Shown in pieces: positions 51,571 to 61,680 of a stretch of 64,000 nt of DNA (positions are counted from its first letter, which is position 1; each line of letters begins with the position of its first letter). Under the pieces are notes generated by a model that was not told the origin of the DNA, did no database searches, and saw nothing but the letters and a program-made list of their open reading frames with translations. The position numbers and the translations under genes were made by a program. The DNA is from Candidatus Helarchaeota ASGARD archaeon Hel_GB_B (GTDB lineage: Archaea; Asgardarchaeota; Lokiarchaeia; Helarchaeales; HEL-GB-B). The stretch covers positions 2,453 to 66,452 of the forward strand of contig SUPR01000002.1 of NCBI GenBank assembly GCA_005191425.1, written 5' to 3'.

Positions 51571-53871
51571 ATGGAAAATAGAACAAAAAAATATTTTAAT
51601 CATAAATTACTTAAGAAGGACAAAATAGAATATAGAGCATATCAAGAAGCTATAATGGGGGCATGTGCAAACAAAAATAGTCTTGTAGTCCTACCTACTG
51701 GACTGGGAAAAACTATTATTGCAATTTTAATATGTATTGTTAGGTTACATAAATATCCTGGTTCTCAAATAATTTTTCTTGCCCCTACTAAACCATTGAT
51801 TCAACAACATTATCAAACTTTTAAAGAGTTATCAAATTTTAATGAAGACCAAATGGTATTGATAACTGGAGCAATTTCACCTGAAAAAAGAGTTAATTTA
51901 TATAAAACAGGTCAGTTTTTTTTTATTACACCTCAAACTTTACAAAATGATATTATTAATTCGAGAATTGACCTTTCCAATGTTTCTCTTATTGTTTTCG
52001 ATGAAGCGCACCGAGCTATTGGTAATTATGCTTATGTTTTAATAGCCGAAAAATACATAACAAATGCTAAATTTCCCCAAATTTTAGCAATAACCGCATC
52101 TCCTGGCTCAATTAAAGAAAAAATACTTGAAATAATTGAAAATTTACATATTAAAAAAATTGAAGTTAGAACTGAAGATAGTCCTGATGTTAAACCTTTT
52201 ATTCAACCAATTGAATTAAAATGGCTAAGAATTGATCTGCCTAAGGAATTTAACGAAATTAAGAACATTCTAGAAACTAAATTAAAAGAATGTTTATTAA
52301 TTCTAAAGAAAAATGCATTGATAAATAGTATAAATATTTCCTCTATAAATAGAACTGATTTAATTAAATTACAAAAATCATTACCTCGTAAAATTCAAGA
52401 GGCTAATGAAAATAAACAAGAACTTTTTGAAAGTTTAAGAACAGTAGCAATAGCTATTAGATTTTCATATATGCTTGAATTACTTGAAACCCAAGGAATT
52501 TCATCTCTCTCCAGATATTTAGATAAACTTTATGAAGACTCTTCAAAAAAAGATTCATCAAGAACAATTAGGGATTTAATGTCACAACCATTTATGAATA
52601 AAATTAATCAAATTTCTAAAAATCTAATAAAAAAAGGAGTTGAACATCCTAAAATCCCTATACTTCAAGATTTACTTGAAAAACAATTTAGAAAAAAGCC
52701 TGAATCCCGCGTGATTATCTTTTGCCATTTCAGAGTTACCACTAAAACATTAGAAAAAATATTTCAAGATAATCCTATAATTAAAGCTGCGAGATTTGTA
52801 GGCCAACAAACTAAAACTGGTGATAAAGGGCTCTCTCAAAAAGACCAAATTATAATCTTGGACAACTTTAAATCTGGAATATATAATACCTTAATAGCTA
52901 CATCTGTAGCTGAGGAAGGATTAGATATTGCTGAATGTGATATGATCATATTTTATGACACCGTTCCTAGCGCTATTAGAGATATTCAGCGCCGCGGTAG
53001 AACAGGAAGAAAAAAACCAGGTAAAGTAATCATTTTAACTGCAAAAAATACTCGTGATGAAAGTTATTATTGGGTCTCTTATAGTAAAAAGAAAAAAATG
53101 AAATCATTACTTGATGATTTGATCGAAATTTCTCAAAAATTAGATGCACAAGCAAAAAGTCATACTCAAACCTCAATCTCTGATTTTATTATAAAAAATA
53201 AGAAAAAAAATAATGAAAAACAAGATATTAAAATTCAGATAATTGTTGATTCACGCGAATCTTCTTCCTCTATCTTGAAGCATCTTTCAAAAATGGGCGC
53301 TGATATAAAAATTGAAAAATTAGATATTGGCGATTATATTCTATCTGACAAAGTTGCTATTGAAAGAAAAACGGTAAATGACCTCATCAATTCAATCATA
53401 GATTCACGATTATTCAAAGAATTAAAATCTTTAAAAAGCGTATATTTAAAGACATTCCTAGTTATTGAAGGCGAAATTATTTATGAATTTTCTAGAATCC
53501 GAAAAGAAGCGTTACAAGGCGCTATTGTTTCTGTTATGCTTGATTTCTATGTACCAGTTATTTTTACAAAATCTCCCGAAGAAACAGCTGAATGGTTATA
53601 TAAATTAGCTAAAAAAGAACAGATTAAAGGTAAAAAACCGCTCATTAGACCTGATAAAACCCCTCTCTCATATAATATAAAAAGAATACAAGAATTTATT
53701 CTCGCAGGATTCCCCGATATTGACAGTAAACGCGCCCAAGATTTATTAAATTATTTTGGTAGTCTAGAAGAAATTTTTAATGCTCCTATTGAAGCATTAA
53801 TGAATGTAAAAGGAATTGGTAAAAAAATTGCCAAACAAATAAAGGAAATCTTAAAAGCCAAATATTTTTAA
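51571..53871 (+). CDS. hef: Hef: SF2 helicase fused to ERCC4/XPF-type nuclease and HhH2 domains
   Basis: Helicase motif I LPTGLGKT and DEAH-like FDEAH. The C-terminus has the ERCC4 nuclease motif (VAIERKTVNDL, GD...) and a terminal HhH pair (NVKGIGKKIAKQI). Confidence 0.85.
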   Translation: MENRTKKYFNHKLLKKDKIEYRAYQEAIMGACANKNSLVVLPTGLGKTIIAILICIVRLHKYPGSQIIFLAPTKPLIQQHYQTFKELSNFNEDQMVLITGAISPEKRVNLYKTGQFFFITPQTLQNDIINSRIDLSNVSLIVFDEAHRAIGNYAYVLIAEKYITNAKFPQILAITASPGSIKEKILEIIENLHIKKIEVRTEDSPDVKPFIQPIELKWLRIDLPKEFNEIKNILETKLKECLLILKKNALINSINISSINRTDLIKLQKSLPRKIQEANENKQELFESLRTVAIAIRFSYMLELLETQGISSLSRYLDKLYEDSSKKDSSRTIRDLMSQPFMNKINQISKNLIKKGVEHPKIPILQDLLEKQFRKKPESRVIIFCHFRVTTKTLEKIFQDNPIIKAARFVGQQTKTGDKGLSQKDQIIILDNFKSGIYNTLIATSVAEEGLDIAECDMIIFYDTVPSAIRDIQRRGRTGRKKPGKVIILTAKNTRDESYYWVSYSKKKKMKSLLDDLIEISQKLDAQAKSHTQTSISDFIIKNKKKNNEKQDIKIQIIVDSRESSSSILKHLSKMGADIKIEKLDIGDYILSDKVAIERKTVNDLINSIIDSRLFKELKSLKSVYLKTFLVIEGEIIYEFSRIRKEALQGAIVSVMLDFYVPVIFTKSPEETAEWLYKLAKKEQIKGKKPLIRPDKTPLSYNIKRIQEFILAGFPDIDSKRAQDLLNYFGSLEEIFNAPIEALMNVKGIGKKIAKQIKEILKAKYF

Positions 53872-54025
53872 TCTATAATTAAAATGTTTAGAATTGATAC
53901 ATTTTCAAATTATATTAAAAATTATTAATTGGTTTAAAGTAATAAAATTTAAATAACTTTATTTAATAGATTCAACCTCAATAATTAATTTTAATTTAAT
54001 AAAAACTTAAATCGTGTGGACAATT

Positions 54026-54187
54026 ATGCCAATTTCAGATCCTATTAAAAAGCAAATAGCAGTTAAAAGCCTTCTATTTGTAAAAATTTGTCGAAAATGC
54101 TATGCAAGAAATCCAGTTAGTGCTAAAAAATGTAGAAGATGTAAATCTAAACAACTAAGATACAAAAAGAGGGAAAAATCGAAATAA
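54026..54187 (+). CDS. rpl40e: 50S ribosomal protein L40e; below the ORF-track length cut-off
   Basis: Translation MPISDPIKKQIAVKSLLFVKICRKCYARNPVSAKKCRRCKSKQLRYKKREKSK. The C..C...C..C zinc ribbon and basic tail are typical of L40e. Confidence 0.75.
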   Translation: MPISDPIKKQIAVKSLLFVKICRKCYARNPVSAKKCRRCKSKQLRYKKREKSK

Positions 54188-54256
54188 TTTTTTAGTCAAG
54201 GACTTTTTATTATTAATTTTAAAAGAGTTATTATCTGCTTCTTAAATCTTAAAAAA

Positions 54257-56002
54257 TTATAAAATTGAGCCACATTCCGGACAAATTCGTGCAAATAAGG
54301 TTATAGGCGCCTTACAATGTGGACAAACTTTTAAAGGCTTTTTACATTCAGGACAAATTTTCTCCATCATAAAAACCACACTTTTACAATGTGGACAAAT
54401 AGCCTTAGCACCAATTATAGTTGGTTTAGTTGGCTTTTCTTCCAATTCAGTTTTTTCAATTTCTTTAATTTTTAAATAATCATCTAGGCTAGATTCTTCA
54501 ATTGTTTTTTGCTCGTCAATAGATTTTAACTCTTCTTGCTCTTTTTGCGAATCTGTTGACACAGCTTGTTGTTTTTCTTCAGTTTTAGCTAGAACATCTG
54601 TTAATTTTGATAGTGTTTCATCTAATGGCTTTATTGTTTCATTTACTTGTTCTTGTACTTCTGCTTTTGGAATTTCTTTTTCTTCAGTAATTGGCATGGC
54701 TATTGGCATTTCTGGCGATTTTGTAACAATTGGCTCGGCTTTTTCTTGTGTTTCAATACCCATTAAATCACTTGCTTTTGCAGCTTCAAATTTCTCCGGC
54801 TGCTCTACTACTTCTGATTGTTCAATCGGTTCAGTCTCATTCATAATATTCATTAAATCATTAAATAATTCTTCATTTACTTCTTCAGCTACCATCACTT
54901 CAACATCTGATCCACTCGCTGGTTTCATCGGTATATCCAAGACTTCTTGCTTAGAAATTTCTTCGGGGATAGGGGCTGCTTTTGGTGCGCTTGGAATTTC
55001 TTCGGGGATAGGGGCTGCTTTTGGTGCGCTTGGAATTTCTTCAAGAATTGATGTAATATTTGATTTATGTGATTGTTCTGTTTCTGGTGTAATTGATGTG
55101 GTAGGTTGCACTAAAGGTGGGGGATTAGACAAAGGAACTTGATTTGTAGCAGATGGCGGAATAAAAGGCGAAATTGGATCTGTATTTTTTAATAAATTGT
55201 TTATATCATCATATATTTCATCCATTGTAGGCTGTTTTATAGTTATTGGTGGTACAACAGGGCTTGGGGCTTCAGGTGTCTTTGGTATCTCTTTTTCTGA
55301 AACTTTTAATTCAGCATGAGTAATTTTAGGAGCTTCTTTTTTAACAACCTCCTCTTTTTTTGGTTCTTTTTTAGCTTGTTCTCCCTCCATTACAATAATT
55401 CTTTTTAATTTTATCCAACCTTTTTTCTGATATTTTTTAATTATTTCATCGACTTTTAATCTTGGAAGATTTGTTTTTTCACAAATATCTTCTATTGTAT
55501 TTTTACCATCAATTAAATGAATTACTTTTGCTTCAATCATAGAAAATTTCTTTCTTTCAATTCCATCCAATTTAATAGGTACTCTATATGCTGTCTTCTC
55601 AACTTGTTTAGATTTTCCTTTTTCTAATTTCATATCAATAAATTTGTCAATATAATCTGAATATTTGTGCATGCGGCCTTTAAATGCCAGTAATTGACCT
55701 ACTGGGCCACTTTCTGAATAAAGGACTATCATAGCTTTTTCTGAAAGTTTAAAAAATCCGATATTTACACCTGAAAGAGGTAAGCTATGTTCTCCAACAT
55801 CTAGGACGCTAAAATTTCCTGCGGCAAATGATTTTATAAAATCAGCATATTTTTCTTCAAGAACTGGATCAATATACTTCAAATTATTATTATTATCAAT
55901 AATCCCGATTTGTATTGGGTTTGATAATAATTTTCTCATATCATTTGCGATTTTTTTTACAATATCTTCGAGTGAATTAATATTTTCGATTTCCTCGCTC
56001 AT
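54257..56002 (-). CDS. Multidomain protein: N-terminal Roadblock/LC7-like domain, winged-helix segment, long Pro/Glu-rich low-complexity linker with tandem repeats, C-terminal double Zn-ribbon
   Basis: N-terminal IQIGIIDNNNNLKYID...NIGFFKLSEKAMIVLYSESGPVGQLL fits the Roadblock/LC7 alternating pattern. The C-terminus has CPHCKS...CPECKKPLKVCPHCKAP...CPECGS. Confidence 0.45.
   Translation of the reverse strand: MSEEIENINSLEDIVKKIANDMRKLLSNPIQIGIIDNNNNLKYIDPVLEEKYADFIKSFAAGNFSVLDVGEHSLPLSGVNIGFFKLSEKAMIVLYSESGPVGQLLAFKGRMHKYSDYIDKFIDMKLEKGKSKQVEKTAYRVPIKLDGIERKKFSMIEAKVIHLIDGKNTIEDICEKTNLPRLKVDEIIKKYQKKGWIKLKRIIVMEGEQAKKEPKKEEVVKKEAPKITHAELKVSEKEIPKTPEAPSPVVPPITIKQPTMDEIYDDINNLLKNTDPISPFIPPSATNQVPLSNPPPLVQPTTSITPETEQSHKSNITSILEEIPSAPKAAPIPEEIPSAPKAAPIPEEISKQEVLDIPMKPASGSDVEVMVAEEVNEELFNDLMNIMNETEPIEQSEVVEQPEKFEAAKASDLMGIETQEKAEPIVTKSPEMPIAMPITEEKEIPKAEVQEQVNETIKPLDETLSKLTDVLAKTEEKQQAVSTDSQKEQEELKSIDEQKTIEESSLDDYLKIKEIEKTELEEKPTKPTIIGAKAICPHCKSVVFMMEKICPECKKPLKVCPHCKAPITLFARICPECGSIL
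54953..55043 (-). repeat. 39-bp tandem repeat (about 2.3 copies) inside the CDS, encoding EEIPSAPKAAPIP units
   Basis: Direct repeat CTTCGGGGATAGGGGCTGCTTTTGGTGCGCTTGGAATTT visible on the plus strand. Confidence 0.6.
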
Positions 56003-56783
56003 GTGATCACTGCCACCCTTTATTTTAATTTTTTTTGATCTATAATATGTTTAAAATTTTAATAATTTTAATATTTACTTTTTTATACATTTAAAACTTT
56101 TTTAAAGACATAATGTTGTCTAAATAATTTAAATTAAATTTATTTCACGATTTTTCAAATTTTTATAAATAAAAATTCATTAAGTCCATTCAAAATAAAA
56201 CCAAAAAAACTCCTTTTTAATATTATTTTAGAATAGATTACTATTTGTTATATTTTAATATTGGAATTGATTTTTTAAATTCATTTTGAGATTTTCAATC
56301 AATAATAGCTATACTCATTCTCATTTTTAAAGTTTTTTTCCATTTATGTTTTTCATTGTTATTTCAAAACCAATTAATTTTAATAAATACAATTAGAAAT
56401 ATAATCAATTTGGTCAATAATAACATATAAAATAATCTATTACAAATCAAAAAAGTTCTTTTTTAGATAATCTTGGAATTAAAATGATATATTGTAAAAA
56501 AGTTTGTTCTAAAATATGATATTTTTTGAAAAATAAATTTTAAAATATAAAAATCTATTAAATATATTAAAACTATTATGTATCTGCTACATTTTTAAGG
56601 ATCTATGATCAAATGTTTTTAATTTTAATTGAATAAATTATAAAATCTATAAAAATAGGTAATTTTTAGTAATGATTTTCTAGAATTTAATAGTTTGAAA
56701 TAAAAAAATTTAAGAATTTGTTTTTTAAAATAAAATATACTATTAAAATTGATTGATACGTCAAAATTATAAAAAGTTTTATA

Positions 56784-56885
56784 GGGCCGGTGATCTAGAA
56801 GCAATATATCGGCAATATTATTGGAAATCGGTATGATATCGCCCTCACGCGGCGAAAATCGTGGGTTCAATTCCCACCCGGCCCA
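56784..56885 (+). tRNA. tRNA-Val (anticodon CAC) interrupted by a ~29-nt intron in the D-loop
   Basis: GGGCCGG-TG-ATCT-AG[~29 nt]TC-GGTA-TGAT-A-TCGCC-CTCACGC-GGCGA-AAATC-GTGGG-TTCAATT-CCCAC-CCGGCCC-A. All stems pair. 102 nt total against a 73-nt mature length. Confidence 0.75.
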
Positions 56886-56909
56886 TAATACTCCAAGAGG
56901 TGAATAACA

Positions 56910-57104
56910 ATTCCAGTAGAAATAAAAGATGAAAATAAATTATTAAAAATTGCAAAAGATTCGACAGAATGCAAAGTTATTAGAGTTGGCGATAAGGTAA
57001 AAATAAAAGTTAGAGGTACAAAATATTTATATACTTATATTACGAATCCTAAATCTTCTGAAGAACTTTTAAAAAAGATCCCTTGTAAAATTATCGAATT
57101 ATAA
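56910..57104 (+). CDS. rpl38e: Ribosomal protein L38e; not in the ORF track because it has no ATG, and the probable start is AUU
   Basis: Translation (I/M)PVEIKDENKLLKIAKDSTECKVIRVGDKVKIKVRGTKYLYTYITNPKSSEELLKKIPCKIIEL matches L38e (MPKQIEEIKDF...VKFKVRCSRYLYTL...). AGGTGA Shine-Dalgarno at 56898-56903 lies 6 nt before ATT. An in-frame TGA sits directly upstream. Confidence 0.65.
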   Translation: MPVEIKDENKLLKIAKDSTECKVIRVGDKVKIKVRGTKYLYTYITNPKSSEELLKKIPCKIIEL

Positions 57105-58016
57105 TAACCAAAATATTAGAAATACTATACCAAAAAAGCCTATGCCAATCCCAATTGAAAGTGGTAGTCCTGGTAATATCTCTCTTTTTTCTAATAATTT
57201 GAATGTAATGATTGCTCCTATTAAAATTCCTATTACGCTTGCAATACATGGTAAAAAAATTGCTATAATTCCATATTGACTAATAAAGGGTGTTTCAAAC
57301 CCAATTTTTAGTGCAGAACAAGTTAACATAGAATAAAAAGTTAAATCACCAAGTCCTATTTCATAATCTTGCATAGAATAACTCATTTCAAATGCAAAAC
57401 TATTCTTTTTTTCATTAAGCTCAATAATTTTCTTGATAGGACCTTTAAAAACAGCAATAATATCGTAAATTGCAAGTCCTATTAATAGTAAAAAACTGGT
57501 CCAGTTTGGTAAAATGAGGCCTAAAAAAGAACCTATTAACCCCCCATAAATTAATAGACTTGCATTTTTAATTTTAACATTTTTAGAAAATTTATCATGA
57601 AAAATCGCTAAAGTCAAGGCAACTCCTGATAAAAAACTTACAATAATGACTATAAAAAATGATAATAAATCTGAAATTGAAAAGATATACAATATACTTA
57701 ATCCAAAAAGAAATAATATCAGTCCACTAATGAAAACAAAACTTATGAAGAAAAAATGTTTTAAAAATTTCTCCTTTTTATATTTCAAAAGTAAATAAAT
57801 TATAAACCCACCAAAACTAGCAATTATTATCAAAATCATTGCATTAATCACCCCTATTAAAGGGTTCAAGTTTCCTTGGTTCTCAGGGATGAACGCTGCA
57901 TTAAAATCGAAAAAACCTGAAATTAAGCCAACAATAGAAAAACCAATTGCTATAAACATTGTTATAATTAACGGAACTAACCTTTTTCGAGTTTTTACTA
58001 CGATTTCAGAAATCAA
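57099..58016 (-). CDS. Presenilin/signal-peptide-peptidase-like intramembrane aspartyl protease (A22 family homolog)
   Basis: Polytopic membrane protein with YD (LAIYDIIAVF) and GxGD (EIGLGDLTFYS) motifs, plus a PAL-like PGLP motif near the C-terminus. Confidence 0.5.
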   Translation of the reverse strand: MISEIVVKTRKRLVPLIITMFIAIGFSIVGLISGFFDFNAAFIPENQGNLNPLIGVINAMILIIIASFGGFIIYLLLKYKKEKFLKHFFFISFVFISGLILFLFGLSILYIFSISDLLSFFIVIIVSFLSGVALTLAIFHDKFSKNVKIKNASLLIYGGLIGSFLGLILPNWTSFLLLIGLAIYDIIAVFKGPIKKIIELNEKKNSFAFEMSYSMQDYEIGLGDLTFYSMLTCSALKIGFETPFISQYGIIAIFLPCIASVIGILIGAIITFKLLEKREILPGLPLSIGIGIGFFGIVFLIFWLL

Positions 58017-58205
58017 AAGTGGTCTCCTTATTATATTTATTGATAAATATGCTAATTTTTATCTTTTTTAAATTTAATGTTGAATTGAATTAATTTCTAT
58101 TTGATAAAAAAATTTCCTTTTATCATTATTTAGTATAATTTAATAAATATGATTTTTTATTTTGATATAAAAATGGTGAAATATTTTTAAATTACAATAA
58201 ATTAT

Positions 58206-59495
58206 TCACAAAATTTGAAATTCTTCGCCTAAATTAGGTACAAAAGTCGATATACCTTTCTCTTCCATAGCTGAATAAAGACCATCTGTATTATCTTCAT
58301 CGCCATGCACTATAAAAAACGTAGTATTTCCATTGGATTTATTATGTATATAATCTACAAATGAGAGTAATTCCGATTTTCCACTATGGGACGAAAGCGG
58401 AAAATGTTTTATTTCTGCTTTAATTTTGGTTTTTCCGTCCTTCCAAATTTGTGTTTCTAAAATCTGTCGCCCAAGAGTATCTGGTAATTGAAATGAAACC
58501 AAATAGATTGCATTATCTGGATTGTTTATAAGCTCTTCAGAATAAAAAATTGCGGTCCCGCCTTTTAACATTCCCGAAGGTGCTATTATAACCCCTGGAT
58601 TTGAAACTGCATTTTGGCGCTCTAAATGCTTGTTTTTTCCAACAGAAATAAAATATGAATTTTCAACAGCATTTCTATATAATTCTTCGTCTCTCAATAT
58701 TTCTAGATGATTTAATAATGCTCTACTTACACTCCGAGCCATCCCATCTACATATACTGGAAATTTCACATTATAATGGTGCAAAATACACATTATTTCC
58801 TGCGACCTACCTACTCCAAAAGCGGGTACAAGAACAGTGCCGTTTTTTGATACAACTATATTCTCAATTGCGCTAACAAAATCCTTTTCTACTTCTACTC
58901 TAGGTGGATGGTCTGAATTTCCATATGTCGACTCCATAATTACATAATCTATTTTAGGAAAATTGTTGCTCATCCCATTTAGTAATCGAGTGGTCCTATG
59001 ATTAACATCGCCTGTATATAATATTCTTTTACCATTTATTTTACATATAAATGATGCACTCCCTGGAATATGACCTGCATCTATAATTAAAAATTCAATT
59101 CCCTTCAAATGGTGCCATAAAGTTTGATTATAGGAAAATAAAGATGTTTTATTTATCATGTCCATTAATTCATTGCGCATAAATGGTAGATAATATTCTG
59201 ATAATCTTAACATATCATCAATTAAGATTTTCGATAGAACTCTTGTCGTAGGTGTCATTATTAGAATTGGGCTTTTTGACCCACTAAAAAATAATGGCAA
59301 TCCTCCAGAATGATCTAAATGAGCATGACTCAAAAATATTATGTCTAAATTTTTTACATCAAAATCTAATGGCGGTAAAGTTGGCTTTTTGTCCATTAAT
59401 ATCCCATAATCGAACAAATATACCCTATTTTTACTTTCTAATTCTATTGCTTGTCCGCCTATTTGTTTACATCCACCTATAAATTTCAGTTTCAA
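58206..59495 (-). CDS. Metallo-beta-lactamase / beta-CASP family ribonuclease (aCPSF2-like)
   Basis: LSHAHLDHSGGLP (HxHxDH motif 2), further Asp/His motifs, and a beta-CASP-length C-terminal half. Confidence 0.7.
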   Translation of the reverse strand: MKLKFIGGCKQIGGQAIELESKNRVYLFDYGILMDKKPTLPPLDFDVKNLDIIFLSHAHLDHSGGLPLFFSGSKSPILIMTPTTRVLSKILIDDMLRLSEYYLPFMRNELMDMINKTSLFSYNQTLWHHLKGIEFLIIDAGHIPGSASFICKINGKRILYTGDVNHRTTRLLNGMSNNFPKIDYVIMESTYGNSDHPPRVEVEKDFVSAIENIVVSKNGTVLVPAFGVGRSQEIMCILHHYNVKFPVYVDGMARSVSRALLNHLEILRDEELYRNAVENSYFISVGKNKHLERQNAVSNPGVIIAPSGMLKGGTAIFYSEELINNPDNAIYLVSFQLPDTLGRQILETQIWKDGKTKIKAEIKHFPLSSHSGKSELLSFVDYIHNKSNGNTTFFIVHGDEDNTDGLYSAMEEKGISTFVPNLGEEFQIL

Positions 59496-59694
59496 ATAAT
59501 CTCATTCCATCTATTTTATTTTTTGATTTAAAATTTGAATTTTTATGAATTAATAAATCATAAAACTTAGTCATTAAATTTTAAAATTATTTAAATTTTT
59601 ATATCTATAACAAAACTATTTAATGATAAAATTTATGGTTAATGAATATTGATTGTTTATTACATAATCAAATAAATTAAATGAAGGAACAACG

Positions 59695-60441
59695 ATGGAT
59701 GAACCAGTAGATTTAGAACTAAATATAATTTTAAAAAGAGAATATGATTTTTCTGGTTTTAATTTAATTACAGGGTTCCATGGAATAGGTGCATGTGGAT
59801 TTATAACGGTCAGACACATAGTAGAGTCATTAAAATGCGAAAGAATCGGATTTATAGAAACTGAAATGCTCCCTGCGTTAGTTTCGCTTGAAAATAATCG
59901 CTTAATACTACCATTTGAATTATATATGTACGAAAAAAACGTAATTTTTTTACCACGATTTCAACCCTATCGAGCTGAACAACGAATTATCGCCAGAAAT
60001 ATTTCCAATTGGGCAATTGAAAATAATTTTAAACAAGCATTTTTAATTGGAGGACTTGACTCTAAATTTAAAAAAGATGGCGATAATAATTGCAGGATCG
60101 TGCCAACTTCAGCTGCTACTGATTTAATAAAAGACCATGATAATATTACCTTGCTAGAAAAAGGTCTGTTTGTTACTGGACCTCTTGCGTTATTTCTGTC
60201 ATATTTTGAAATTCAGAACTTTGCTGCAATTGCTATACTTCCATATTCAAATCGTGAGCGTCCAGATCCAAGAGCAAGTGCTGAAGCTATAAAAACATTG
60301 GGAAGTTTTATTGATGGACTACAGATAGATATTGAGTCATTGTTAAAAGATGCAGAAAGAATTGAAGCAGAAATCGAGGAAATATTCTTACAAGGAGAAA
60401 ATGATGAAGGTTCAAGTGAAAAACATAGAATGTATATTTAA
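59695..60441 (+). CDS. PAC2-family proteasome assembly chaperone
   Basis: The N-terminal NLITGFHGIGACGFITVRHIVESL pattern is typical of archaeal PAC2 (PF09754). ~250 aa. Confidence 0.6.
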   Translation: MDEPVDLELNIILKREYDFSGFNLITGFHGIGACGFITVRHIVESLKCERIGFIETEMLPALVSLENNRLILPFELYMYEKNVIFLPRFQPYRAEQRIIARNISNWAIENNFKQAFLIGGLDSKFKKDGDNNCRIVPTSAATDLIKDHDNITLLEKGLFVTGPLALFLSYFEIQNFAAIAILPYSNRERPDPRASAEAIKTLGSFIDGLQIDIESLLKDAERIEAEIEEIFLQGENDEGSSEKHRMYI

Positions 60442-60819
60442 ATTAAAATAAATCAATTATACCTTCATTTATCTCAAACATAAATTAAATAATCTAAACT
60501 TATTGTTTTAGCGTTTATATTATTTTCAATCTTTTAATTTCTTGGTTCCATTGAATTAAAAAAATAGATTAATAACTTTTATTAAAAATAGAATTTGAAT
60601 TCGAAATTATTAAACAAAAAGTTAATTTCTAATAGCTGATTCCAAATATTTTTATTCTCAAAGTTTAAAAATACAAATAGTAATTATTTAATATCATTTA
60701 AAAAAATATAAATATTTAAATATATAAAATCAAAGTTAGATATTAATTTTAACTCATCATATTGAGTTAAATTAGAATTCTAAATTTATATGATACCTAA
60801 AATAATAGTTTAATGTTTT

Positions 60820-61425
60820 ATGGAGAATGTGAACGATATGGGATTTCTTAGAGGTTTTCTGGCTATTCTGTTCGGAATTTTAATAATTCCCATTCTAGGG
60901 GTTCTTATGTTGATAATTAGTGGTGGACTTCCCTATATAACAGCTTGGGAATCCGCGATCTTTACCTATGATTTTAACCAAATATTTCAATTGATTGGCC
61001 AAGTTATTAATTTCGATATGACTGGAACACTTTTACTTTCAAATGAAGGGCTTGGTATACCACTTATGTCTGCATGGGCTGTCAATCCACCCGGATTGAT
61101 TGAAGCATTAACACCTGGAGTAGGTATAGCATCGTTTATCCTTATCAATACGTGGAAAGCAGTTGTTTGGATGTGTGCTGGGTTTTTCGTTGGCGCTATT
61201 ATGTCTAAAGCTACAAAAGGTTTACTCATAGCATTGGGCTTATGGATTGCATGGTTTGTTTATAATCTTTTATTTGCTTGGATTATTATACCAATAATTG
61301 GCGGCGCAACGATTTTAATAAGTATAAATCTTGTTCCATTTTTGATGAATGCAATCCTTCCATTAGTTATTGTAATTGTAGCTGGCGCAATTGGCGGTGC
61401 TGTGGTTCGACACGAAGAATTTTAA
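60820..61425 (+). CDS. Hypothetical integral membrane protein
   Basis: Five to six hydrophobic helices. No family recognised. Confidence 0.3.
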   Translation: MENVNDMGFLRGFLAILFGILIIPILGVLMLIISGGLPYITAWESAIFTYDFNQIFQLIGQVINFDMTGTLLLSNEGLGIPLMSAWAVNPPGLIEALTPGVGIASFILINTWKAVVWMCAGFFVGAIMSKATKGLLIALGLWIAWFVYNLLFAWIIIPIIGGATILISINLVPFLMNAILPLVIVIVAGAIGGAVVRHEEF

Positions 61426-61680
61426 AAGTAGTTTTTTTAATTAATACTATTTTTTTTTAATTTTAAAAAATTAAAATAAATTATTTGTTTTCAAGTCAAA
61501 TTTTTATAGCTTTAGTGAAATAACCTTCTAAATTCTAAGGGAACAAGTTAATGTATTATAAAAAAGACTATAATTTTAAATTCTGTTTAATTTTCTTTTT
61601 GTAATTAATTACATGTTTTATTTTAAATTAATATCCCTTTCTCTGAATTGTTTTTAAAAAACAGTTTTTTAGCGCAATCA

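Noticed and set aside
54953-55043. Possible CRISPR-like repeat
   Set aside because: The 39-bp direct repeats have no spacers, are tandem and in-frame inside a CDS (EEIPSAPKAAPIP units). The same holds for the 18-bp repeats at 47448-47501. No CRISPR array is present in the window.
56625-56870. 81-aa minus-strand ORF in the long AT-rich spacer, overlapping tRNA-Val
   Set aside because: It overlaps a well-folded tRNA gene and consists of low-complexity K/N/F/Y codons typical of A/T runs. Judged spurious.
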